DNA of 64,000 nucleotides from an uncultured Gammaproteobacteria bacterium (GTDB lineage Bacteria; Patescibacteriota; Patescibacteriia; Magasanikbacterales; GWA2-37-8): NCBI GenBank assembly GCA_964596525.1, contig CAZQUL010000001.1, positions 204,830 to 268,829 of the forward strand, read 5' to 3'. Shown piece by piece: positions 30,438 to 38,622 of this stretch (position 1 is its first letter; each line of letters starts with the position of its first letter). The notes under the pieces were generated by a model. It saw only the letters and a program-made list of their open reading frames with translations, ran no database searches and was not told where the DNA came from. The position numbers and the translations under genes were made by a program.

Positions 30438-33400
30438 TTATTCAACAAGATAACAATCACTTACTATGTTATAGTCATTAAATTTCGTTAGGCTTTTTGC
30501 GCTAAGCCTAACGGGCGTTAAATTATCCCTAATCTCTTCCAAATAACTAAACAGTTTTGGACGATTTGTCGCTGCGCCTCCTGAATGATCGTCGATGACG
30601 ATACTTAGCTTGCGACCATCTTTCTGCGCAATCGGTTTAAGGTAATCGGTTAATTGCTTGTAGAAATCAGCTGGACTGAGTTGGTTGATAACATTTTCCA
30701 GGGGGTTGAGACCCCGAATGACAAGGAGCTTTTCTCCCTTATCACTTTCCGTCTCGATGAGCATACTTGCGCCGGCCAGGCGTTCAAATTTATTATCCGG
30801 ATTCTGCACCATGACCAATCCCGTAAAGTTAGGGAAAGTTTCAAGGATACTTTTGTATTCTGAAGCCCAGCACGCATCGGAAATATGCCCGGAAAATTCC
30901 GTCAGAGGACCTCGATCCGGTACGAATTTCATGGACATGGTTCCTTTGGTTGCGGTGTTGTTAAACTGCTTCATTGCGTCTTCGAGAGGGGTGAGATTAA
31001 GCAGGCCGCGGAAATTTTGTGCGGCTTTTTTATCCGAAAAAAACTTGCTGAACGTCTCTTTGTTGACAATATGATCAACAAAATTAAGCGTCCAGCTTAG
31101 TTCTTCAAGCGAGGGTTGCTTCAGGTCGAAGGCTTCCAAGTCTTTGTCCGCGTATGAAGGATTAAAATGATAACCTAAGAAGAATATTAATTCGCGAAGT
31201 TCTTTGTCGAACTCCCCCTTGAACTGACGCAGTGCATTAAATTGCTCTTGAGGAGAGAGTTCTCCTTTAAGGACTTCATCGAGCTTGTCGATGTTGTTTT
31301 GAATTGCCGCCTTACCCTTTTCATTATCAATGGCCGCTTTTTTTTGAGCAAATTCAGTACGGACATTTTTAATTTTATCTTTAATCCTACTAAGCACCGG
31401 GTTAAAGCCTTCGGGGGTGGCGAGCATGCGCCGGGCCGACCGCAATGAATCAACGATTTGTGTGTAACGGTTCGTAAAATCCTCGGTAAAGGTAATATTT
31501 TTTTCAGCTTCTGGGCTGGTGTCGGTTTTGGCGATGGAGAGTGTTTTGCTTGGTTGGTAAATCTCGCGGAGAGGATGGATTTTTTCTTTTCTTTTGACGT
31601 ATTCTCTAAGCATTGAAATAAAGCCCGTCTCTGTACCTTTGCTCCACTCAGACTCTCTAAATCGTACCTTTTTCATGGCCACAGGGAGGACAAAGCCATC
31701 TTTTTTCTCCGCTACTTCTTCGATAGTCTCGACGTCGCCTTTCCAGAGAACCGCCTCAACGCGCTGCGTAATTTTTTCGCGTAATTGTCGGATGCCATCC
31801 TGACCTGATTTATCGATACCAAAAGCCGAAAGCTCGGGAGTGATTTTTCCTTCGAGCAAACTCGTGTACGCAGTGTACAACCGCAAAAAATTTTCCGTTT
31901 CCCCCCACTCATCCAAAACACGGCTGAAGGCACGATCCGCCTTATCTCCGAAATACTGTGTGATTTCCTGGCAATTTTTAATGATCGAGCCGACTCTTTT
32001 ACTGAAACGATCTCCATACGACTCTGTAGTACCCACTCCTTCGTAATCATCATAATCATCATCATAAAATTCATCTTGATAATTTTCCGCTTCAATCTCC
32101 GCTTTTATTTCGGCATCAATGGTGTGCAGCTCTCCCAGCTTATATTTAACAAGCTCTTGCCCTACTTGCGGCGGGAGATCTTTAAAGTACTGTAGACAAC
32201 TTATCAGAAAATCATCCCCAATGGTTTTGCGTACCTGTTGAGCTCGCTCTTCCGAGCTCGGTTCTAAAAAAGATGCCTGGCTTAAAAGTTGTTTCCAGAG
32301 AGCTCCATCCTTTCCTGCGATTTTTACTAAACCGTCCCACGAATCTTTTTTAAGTTCTTTAAAAACTGAAAGTTGACTAAACAGTCCGTTGACAAACTCG
32401 TCGCGACGAAGTTCGTTGCTAGAAGCCTGGCCGATAGCAGTAAGTATCGGTTCCATGTAGGATGAATCGAGCTGTTTGAATAGCTTCAGCTTATCGCCTC
32501 CGAGCAGTAGATCAAGGTCAAAATTAAACTTAACCTCTTCCGCTGTATTGCCGTCAAACGATGGTTTTAAATATGTTTGCCGATACGCTCGACGGTTAGC
32601 CAGAATAGAATCGGCGCATTTCTTCAGATCTTCTAAGCATCGGCCAAGCACCTCGGGAATCGGTTCTGGAAAATACTCCATCTTTTGGTAGATTTTCCAG
32701 ATGTCAGTGCCAGTTTTCATGAGTTTTTCCGCAACTTCTTTATCAAGTCCGGAAAATCTCTTCATGTGACGGACCAGCTCTTCACTTTTATGTGCCTCAA
32801 TGAGAGCGATGGCAACATCTTTATCGAAGCCCGGGAGTAAAGGTGATTTTGCAACTTCATGCTCCCCCTCATCGTTCCACCCATTTCTGCCTTGGAAAGC
32901 TCTTTGTTCTCGATTTTCCTTACTATTCAAAAAGTTATGAATATAATAGTGATTGCCATTGTCGATGGCCTGCAACAAAAGATTTTTCGGGTTATCGCTT
33001 TTCTCTACCTGATTTATCCATTCGTTTTCGCGATCTATTTCTTCGTACATATACTCAGTCTCTGGGTCGTAGGTGGGGTCGGTTATCTTGTAGATATACT
33101 CCCATTCTTTTTCAGAAACTTTGCCAAAAACAGCCTGGTTATCCAGAACAACTTTTCCTTGGCCAATTCTGGCTAAATAAAGAGCGGTTCGGTTATCGAG
33201 ACCGGAGAACTTGTTAATGTTCTTGATTAGCTGCCCGAATTTATCGGGGGTCGCCGTTAACAAAGCCGTAAACACATCGTTATCTAAAACCTTGCATTCA
33301 TTCAGTTTATGAAAAATAACATCGCCAGAACCTTCGGCAATAAGGTGTAAGATAGTTTCTTTGCTGAGATTGAGGCGCGAACGGAGCAGCTCGGCTTGGC

Positions 33401-33482
33401 GTGCTTTAAGGCGTCTTTTTTCTTCGTCGGCGTATTTTTTGGCCTGGTCGAATTCTACTGGATTGAATCGATTTCGGTCCAT
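30438..33482 (-). CDS. large hypothetical protein (1014 aa), low-GC, internal FSGLD-type repeats; possible C-terminal papain-like Cys/His pair
   Basis: Uninterrupted ORF; repeated KFSGLDxxxAxxL segments; C-terminal SDACWASEY ... VIDDHSGGA. The protease-like reading is inference only. Confidence 0.8.
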   Translation of the reverse strand: MDRNRFNPVEFDQAKKYADEEKRRLKARQAELLRSRLNLSKETILHLIAEGSGDVIFHKLNECKVLDNDVFTALLTATPDKFGQLIKNINKFSGLDNRTALYLARIGQGKVVLDNQAVFGKVSEKEWEYIYKITDPTYDPETEYMYEEIDRENEWINQVEKSDNPKNLLLQAIDNGNHYYIHNFLNSKENREQRAFQGRNGWNDEGEHEVAKSPLLPGFDKDVAIALIEAHKSEELVRHMKRFSGLDKEVAEKLMKTGTDIWKIYQKMEYFPEPIPEVLGRCLEDLKKCADSILANRRAYRQTYLKPSFDGNTAEEVKFNFDLDLLLGGDKLKLFKQLDSSYMEPILTAIGQASSNELRRDEFVNGLFSQLSVFKELKKDSWDGLVKIAGKDGALWKQLLSQASFLEPSSEERAQQVRKTIGDDFLISCLQYFKDLPPQVGQELVKYKLGELHTIDAEIKAEIEAENYQDEFYDDDYDDYEGVGTTESYGDRFSKRVGSIIKNCQEITQYFGDKADRAFSRVLDEWGETENFLRLYTAYTSLLEGKITPELSAFGIDKSGQDGIRQLREKITQRVEAVLWKGDVETIEEVAEKKDGFVLPVAMKKVRFRESEWSKGTETGFISMLREYVKRKEKIHPLREIYQPSKTLSIAKTDTSPEAEKNITFTEDFTNRYTQIVDSLRSARRMLATPEGFNPVLSRIKDKIKNVRTEFAQKKAAIDNEKGKAAIQNNIDKLDEVLKGELSPQEQFNALRQFKGEFDKELRELIFFLGYHFNPSYADKDLEAFDLKQPSLEELSWTLNFVDHIVNKETFSKFFSDKKAAQNFRGLLNLTPLEDAMKQFNNTATKGTMSMKFVPDRGPLTEFSGHISDACWASEYKSILETFPNFTGLVMVQNPDNKFERLAGASMLIETESDKGEKLLVIRGLNPLENVINQLSPADFYKQLTDYLKPIAQKDGRKLSIVIDDHSGGAATNRPKLFSYLEEIRDNLTPVRLSAKSLTKFNDYNIVSDCYLVE

Positions 33483-33676
33483 ATTCTTATACGTGATATT
33501 TCAAAGGGTTTTTGGTAATAATCTAGCAAAATTATAACGAATAGCACCTTACAAGTCTATAATAGAACGCCTTAAATTTTAAGGCGGAATACCGTTTATG
33601 TCGATTATTGAATATGAATAAAGAGCTGGTAGAGTTAACAGGGTTGGAAGCTTTTTGAGATATCTTAAATAAAAAC

Positions 33677-33704
33677 AAAATCAACCTCTGGTAGGGTTGA
33701 TTTT
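33677..33704. terminator. hairpin of composite element copy A
   Basis: aaaatcaacc-tctggtag-ggttgatttt; 10-bp stem with T/A runs on both sides. Confidence 0.5.
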
Positions 33705-33712
33705 GCCTGCGT

Positions 33713-33747
33713 GGACTTTGAGATCGGATTTTGGAACTGGTTGAGAC
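33713..33747 (+). repeat. 35-nt conserved repeat, copy A (GGACTTTGAGATCGGATTTTGGAACTGGTTGAGAC)
   Basis: 32/35 identical to copy B; carries two TTGAGA hexamers 23 bp apart. Confidence 0.75.
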
Positions 33748-33752
33748 AAAAA

Positions 33753-34838
33753 ATGAATTATTTACACATCTTTTTACGTAAGGTAATCTGCGCGTACTAC
33801 ATGCCCATTAACCAACCCGTGACTATGATGAATCACGAAAAATATGCACCTCAGCAAGACACGGAAAAAAGAAAACGTGCCTTTCAAGATTTTCAGAACA
33901 TGTTGGCTTCAGGGGAGCTTTTACTAGAAGAAGTTGACGCCTCTTTTTTGGAAGAATTCAGACGGGAAGATCGTGAGAACATAGTCGAGGCATTTTTGGG
34001 TCAGATTGCTCGCAATTTTAAATCCCAGGTTGACGCAGCCCGTTCAAAATTAGACGAACCTCGAAAAAGTGATTTTTTCCGATCTAAGCCTGTTTTATTA
34101 AAAACAGACTGGCTTGCCGATCTTAAGGACCATCATGAATTTAATTTTCCTCGAATGTATCAAATTCTAAAACGAGAAGTTGAGGAATCAGAGCCTTACT
34201 TTGAAGAGTATAATAAAGATATAGTGCCTAAGTTGATTTCAAAGGGTTATATGGACCCTTCTATAGGTAGACCTCCGTTCGACAAAATTGTCGCGCCTGC
34301 CCTTAAACTGCACGATCAATTTCAAATCCCGCCAGAAGACTATTTGCCCATCGCACAACATGCTATGCGGTACGGCTACGTTGAGAGCGTCTTTAGTAAT
34401 TCTGAAATTTTTAAACGAATTCCAGAGAATCTTAAAAAAGAGTTTGTTAACGAACTTATCGATGGAACGGCAGAAGGTCCGTTTAAAGGAGAACAGCATA
34501 TTACGAAGATTGTAAACATGCTTCTTTTTCCAAGCCCCATTTACCGCGGTGAGTTCGCAAAAGAAGAATTAGAAAATTGTCGTGAGCGACGGCTTAATTT
34601 TCAGGAATATATCGGCCAACTCCTTATTGGCTCTTTGCAGAGCAGTGGTCGGGTATCATTGCAAAAAGCTATAGTAGAACAAGGAGATTCTTTTCGAGAA
34701 TTATTAATAATGGTTAAAGATCCCGTTGAACGCAAAGACATTGCTCGCTTGCTTAGAGAGCAGGCTACCGACTGCAAACGCGAAGCCGAGGAGTATTTAC
34801 ACAGATCATCGGTGCTACAAAAATTTTCAACTGAATAA
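33753..34838 (+). CDS. hypothetical protein (361 aa), low-GC orphan
   Basis: First ATG after repeat A; the track ORF 33711..34838 starts at a GTG inside the repeat. No recognisable domain. Confidence 0.6.
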   Translation: MNYLHIFLRKVICAYYMPINQPVTMMNHEKYAPQQDTEKRKRAFQDFQNMLASGELLLEEVDASFLEEFRREDRENIVEAFLGQIARNFKSQVDAARSKLDEPRKSDFFRSKPVLLKTDWLADLKDHHEFNFPRMYQILKREVEESEPYFEEYNKDIVPKLISKGYMDPSIGRPPFDKIVAPALKLHDQFQIPPEDYLPIAQHAMRYGYVESVFSNSEIFKRIPENLKKEFVNELIDGTAEGPFKGEQHITKIVNMLLFPSPIYRGEFAKEELENCRERRLNFQEYIGQLLIGSLQSSGRVSLQKAIVEQGDSFRELLIMVKDPVERKDIARLLREQATDCKREAEEYLHRSSVLQKFSTE

Positions 34839-34849
34839 AGCGTTATCAA

Positions 34850-34878
34850 CCAAAAACGGCTTAAAAAGCCGTTTTTGG
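34850..34878 (+). terminator. intrinsic terminator / hairpin of composite element copy B
   Basis: ccaaaaacggctt-aaa-aagccgtttttgg, perfect 13-bp stem, 12 nt after the stop at 34838. Confidence 0.7.
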
Positions 34879-34886
34879 TTCTTAGT

Positions 34887-34921
34887 GGACTTTGAGATTG
34901 GATTTTGGAACCGGTTTAGAC
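34887..34921 (+). repeat. 35-nt conserved repeat, copy B (GGACTTTGAGATTGGATTTTGGAACCGGTTTAGAC)
   Basis: Followed by two more TTGAGATT motifs (34922-34946) and an AT-rich stretch before the ATPase gene. Confidence 0.75.
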
Positions 34922-35149
34922 TTGAGATTCAATATTTATTTGAGATTTTACAATGTTCTACTAGTAAAATAAACAAAAAATAAACTATTGTTTTAATATT
35001 GAATTAAATGGTATTTAAATTGCTAATACTATATTAAAATTAGCCAAAAAAATGAATTTATACCATTTTTAAATAGTATTTTAGTCAATATTTAAACTTG
35101 CAAAAATAATTAGTTTCAGGTATATCTACCGTAGATAAAAAATCTGACT

Positions 35150-36490
35150 ATGAGAATATTAAATATAAAAATTAAAGATTTTAGAAATATTGTGAGGGCT
35201 GATATTAATTTTGAAAAAATTAATATTCTTACTGGTAAGAATTCAAGTGGTAAATCTAATTTTTTACTTGCTCTTAGCCAATCTTTATCCAAAGAAAGGG
35301 ATTATTCTGAAATTTTTTCTAGTAATGTAGTTACATTTCGTCCTGGTAAAGACTACGCTACGATAGGAACAAGGATAGGTGGTGTGAACACTGAAGCTTG
35401 TTATTTACAGGATAAAAAGTTTTTTTGTATTAGTCCTCAAGAATTCTATTTTGAAAAGGAAATTAATAAAAAAGCCTTTTCAAAAGTCCATAAAGTGTAT
35501 TTTACAGGCCGTTATTTTGATAGCGAAAAAAGCAACGGTATAACCTGGTCTGAATTTAGAAAGAAAAGAGATGAGTTTTATTTGAAATCAGAACATCATT
35601 TGGTTTACGAAGAAAAATTCTTTAAAGAAATTCAGGAAGATATTACAAAAGTCGTTCAGCTTTCTAAGAAACAACTTCCTCATCAAGAGGAATATCTGAT
35701 CTCTCTTAACGATCTAAATCGGTCATTGGTGAGTTGGGTTGAAAAGACCGATGAAATACACCGGTTTGTAACAGAAAAGGGAGATCGAGAAATTTTTGAC
35801 CAAGTTGTTGAGAGATTGAAAAAGAGAAGTATTAAACAGGGCTCCTCCTTGAGGAGGACTCTGTTTAGTAAAGCAAAATTTATCTTTCTTCTTGCCGACC
35901 TCCAAAGTAGTGAAAAGCAATATATAAACTTTAAAAACGACTTAAAAATTTATACAAAGGGCATAGTAACCAATATCTTTATTAACAAAAGAGGTAATAA
36001 TAAAGGTGAAATAAATATTGATTCTCCAAATGGGCCAAAAGATATCTGGACCATCTCTCATGGCACCTCTATTCTCCTCTTCTTTATTTTGCTCTTAAAT
36101 TGGGTGAGAATACCGGAACATCAAAAAAGCTATATCTCTCCTAAGGTAATGATCTTTGATGAAATAGATTCATTAGTCCATCCAGGTTTAATGTCGGAGT
36201 TTAAAGAGGTGCTTAGATCTCTGTCCGAAGAGGTGCAGCTCTTTATGTCAAGTCACTCGCCGTACTTTATAGATGGTTTTGAAAAAAAAGAAATATTCCT
36301 TTTAAAGGATACTTCTTCGATCCCTGACGCCAAAAGAATATTTGCGAATCGTTGCAATATTTATGATTATGAAAAGATAATATCTCTTTTGCCCGCAAAA
36401 GATCGGAAGGTGTTTTCTGAAATGAAAAACTCAGAACTTTTTGTCAACGGCTTCATTGATCAGATATTTCCGGCTAAAGAATATGACTAG
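35150..36490 (+). CDS. ABC-type ATPase of the AAA_15/AAA_21 (OLD-family-like) class, defence-system ATPase candidate
   Basis: N-terminal MRILNIKIKDFRNIVRADINFEKINILTGKNSSGKSNFLLAL (Walker A), VMIFDEIDSLVHP (Walker B/D-loop), FMSSHSPYF (H-loop). Confidence 0.85.
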   Translation: MRILNIKIKDFRNIVRADINFEKINILTGKNSSGKSNFLLALSQSLSKERDYSEIFSSNVVTFRPGKDYATIGTRIGGVNTEACYLQDKKFFCISPQEFYFEKEINKKAFSKVHKVYFTGRYFDSEKSNGITWSEFRKKRDEFYLKSEHHLVYEEKFFKEIQEDITKVVQLSKKQLPHQEEYLISLNDLNRSLVSWVEKTDEIHRFVTEKGDREIFDQVVERLKKRSIKQGSSLRRTLFSKAKFIFLLADLQSSEKQYINFKNDLKIYTKGIVTNIFINKRGNNKGEINIDSPNGPKDIWTISHGTSILLFFILLLNWVRIPEHQKSYISPKVMIFDEIDSLVHPGLMSEFKEVLRSLSEEVQLFMSSHSPYFIDGFEKKEIFLLKDTSSIPDAKRIFANRCNIYDYEKIISLLPAKDRKVFSEMKNSELFVNGFIDQIFPAKEYD

Positions 36491-37163
36491 GCTATGTGTT
36501 TTTATTGGCGAAGGAGATAGTGAGAGATATTTTTTACCTAGCCTACTCCAACATCAGATGGGGTTTTCTCCGCTTACTGATAAAAATGCTCATTTTTTTC
36601 AAAAAAATAATCTTGACCCCAATTGGTTTTTTCCCTTCCCCCCTTTAATCAGTAGTCCAGAAGGTGGAAAAGATAGGCTTAAAAGACCTAGTACATATAA
36701 ACAAGTTGATGCATTTATTCGGAATAATGCTTATCTTTTTACCGAACCGTTAGAGATCTTTTATCGCGTTGCAGTGGATCATGTTTATACGGATAAGCAG
36801 GGACAGGCAAAGAAAAAACAAGCAATTGAGAAGGCCATTAAAAATTCGAGCGTCTCTTATTGTGGATATCGAGTAGAAATTGTTGAAAATGAGATAGAAA
36901 ATTGGTATTTTGCGGGACTAAACAGGAACTTCCCCTATCTAATAAATCCAGGAAGTCAAGCCTGTAAAGATCTTCTCAAAAAAGATCCTGAGTGTATTTC
37001 AGATCCTAAAACTAACTTAAGATTAATTATCTCTCCAGAAATCCACGGAACTATAAAATTGGCTGAGGTAATGGGTCAGTATTTTGATATGGTAAATGCC
37101 CGATCGCGTTCGCAAAGTTTTGATAATTTCTATAAAAATTTACATAACGACGGTCTGATTTAA
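36483..37163 (+). CDS. Toprim-like small protein (RloB/DUF4435-like) partnered with the ATPase
   Basis: ATG 36483 overlaps the ATPase stop by 8 nt; N-terminus LCVFIGEGDSERYFL resembles the OLD/Toprim glutamate motif. Confidence 0.6.
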   Translation: MTRLCVFIGEGDSERYFLPSLLQHQMGFSPLTDKNAHFFQKNNLDPNWFFPFPPLISSPEGGKDRLKRPSTYKQVDAFIRNNAYLFTEPLEIFYRVAVDHVYTDKQGQAKKKQAIEKAIKNSSVSYCGYRVEIVENEIENWYFAGLNRNFPYLINPGSQACKDLLKKDPECISDPKTNLRLIISPEIHGTIKLAEVMGQYFDMVNARSRSQSFDNFYKNLHNDGLI

Positions 37164-37164
37164 A

Positions 37165-37683
37165 TTACACCCCCTCCCCATTCGACCACTTCTGAAACTC
37201 CATCATATTGAAGACATGCGTCAGTTTGGCATCGACCTGCTTCCTAAGCCATTTCTCAGCCCCTTTCTTGTACCCGCCACCGTCCAAAACAACCACGGTC
37301 GCGCACGGGTACTGCTGCCGAATATTTAGAACCATAAAAGGAAACTTTTCATCTGTTGAACCACTAGATTCCTGCCATTTTGACTCAATAACTAAGCAGT
37401 TCGGGTGCTTGGTAGGATGATAGATAATGAAATCGCAGTAAAGATCAGTTTCATACACACTCTTAGCTATCGGGTATTGTTTGCTGTAAACCGGCTGATC
37501 TAAGTACCGAGCCGCATTGAAGTTTCTTCGTTCAACGTATTTGTACCCCTTACGCTCTAGAGTATTCTGGATAACCGCTTCTAACCCATCACCAGTATAA
37601 TTAGCTCTCGTTCCTTGCTGCATGATTGGTTGTGCTTGCTCCATACAATTAATAGTTGGTAATAAGCAATTCTTCCACTTCAT
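37165..37683 (-). CDS. putative type II restriction endonuclease, PD-(D/E)xK fold (172 aa)
   Basis: YETDLYCDFIIY...LVIESKW gives a D...E-x-K arrangement; 35-nt overlap with the upstream MTase gene. Confidence 0.5.
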   Translation of the reverse strand: MKWKNCLLPTINCMEQAQPIMQQGTRANYTGDGLEAVIQNTLERKGYKYVERRNFNAARYLDQPVYSKQYPIAKSVYETDLYCDFIIYHPTKHPNCLVIESKWQESSGSTDEKFPFMVLNIRQQYPCATVVVLDGGGYKKGAEKWLRKQVDAKLTHVFNMMEFQKWSNGEGV

Positions 37684-38479
37684 CCCTTTCTCCTGGTTTG
37701 CAATTAATGAAACGAGGGGCTTTTACGACATGGCGGTTAAAGTATTTAGGTGTATAGATGGATTCAATAAACATGGTTTTAGAGTTTGAGAGCATGGTAT
37801 GGACTCCTTTTTTCGTAAGTCTAACGATGTAATCCCTTAGACGTACCTGATCTTTCTCGGAGAAACCGTCTTTAGTGTAGGCGGTAAACGATAAATCTTC
37901 GACCGTCGGATGGTAGGGAGGATCAAAATACACAAAATCACCCTTCTGCGGGGTGATAGTTTCCGATTCAAAATCAGCCAAAACAATCTTGGCTTTTTGT
38001 AATGCCTGATGACAGGCCCAGATATTTTCTTCCTGGACGATGCTGGGGTTCTTGTAACTTCCAAGCGGGCTATTGAATTTACCAGCCTTGTTTACGCGAT
38101 AGAGACCGTTATAGCAGGTCTTGTTGAGATAAATGAAGCGGGCAGCCTTTTCGATAGGATCGTAAAATTCATCTTTTCTGACATTGTAGAAATATTCCTT
38201 GGTATGCCGCTTTTCGTGCTCTTTGAGGAGGTTTATTAATCTTTCCGGGTCTTTCTTTACTGCCTGGCAGGTCAAAACCAGTTCCAGGTTGTTATCCGAA
38301 AGAACCGCTTCGGTAATACGGTCGGCTAAAGAGAAAAACAATGCTCCTCCGCCGATAAACGGTTCGTAGTAACGGTTAAACGACTCCGGTAGGTGGGAGT
38401 GCAACTCGGCAAGCAAAGAACGCTTGCCACCAACCCATTTGAGGAAGGGTTGGGCAATACTAAAATGAGGGTCTGACAT
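37649..38479 (-). CDS. Dam-family N6-adenine DNA methyltransferase (alpha-class)
   Basis: FLKWVGGKRSLL AdoMet motif I near the N-terminus, catalytic DPPY. Confidence 0.9.
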   Translation of the reverse strand: MSDPHFSIAQPFLKWVGGKRSLLAELHSHLPESFNRYYEPFIGGGALFFSLADRITEAVLSDNNLELVLTCQAVKKDPERLINLLKEHEKRHTKEYFYNVRKDEFYDPIEKAARFIYLNKTCYNGLYRVNKAGKFNSPLGSYKNPSIVQEENIWACHQALQKAKIVLADFESETITPQKGDFVYFDPPYHPTVEDLSFTAYTKDGFSEKDQVRLRDYIVRLTKKGVHTMLSNSKTMFIESIYTPKYFNRHVVKAPRFINCKPGERDEVEELLITNY

Positions 38480-38482
38480 ATT

Positions 38483-38622
38483 CCTTGGTCGGGTTTAATA
38501 ATATGTCGAGCGAAAAGGCAAAAAGCCTCCCGCTAGTGATGGTCCGGAGACCACCCATACCCTTTTCAGGGTATGACCGACCAAGGTATCTAAGCGAGAG
38601 GCTTACTACCTTGGTCGGTTTT
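38483..38622 (+). promoter_or_regulatory. structured leader with mutually exclusive antiterminator (1:2) and terminator (2:3) pairings; candidate attenuator/riboswitch or antisense RNA at the MTase start
   Basis: CCTTGGTCGG at 38483-38492 and 38609-38618 both complement CCGACCAAGG at 38577-38586; the 2:3 helix has an inner TAAGC/GCTTA stem and is followed by TTTT; putative promoter TTGAGG-16-TAAAAT at 38439-38466. Confidence 0.45.

Noticed and set aside
29400-30440. Search for a direct repeat of the tRNA-Ala 3' end (attL) at the left island border
   Set aside because: No copy of GGGGATTCGAACC or of the acceptor-stem sequence was found by eye. The left boundary is therefore set only by the GC shift, and the att site may be very short or lie outside what I could recognise.
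38541-38556. GGTCCGGAGACCACC resembling the SRP RNA GGUCCGGAAGG motif
   Set aside because: The rest of the 4.5S/SRP RNA domain IV consensus (GGAAGCAGC, symmetric loop) is absent. The segment is better interpreted as part of the attenuator-like leader.
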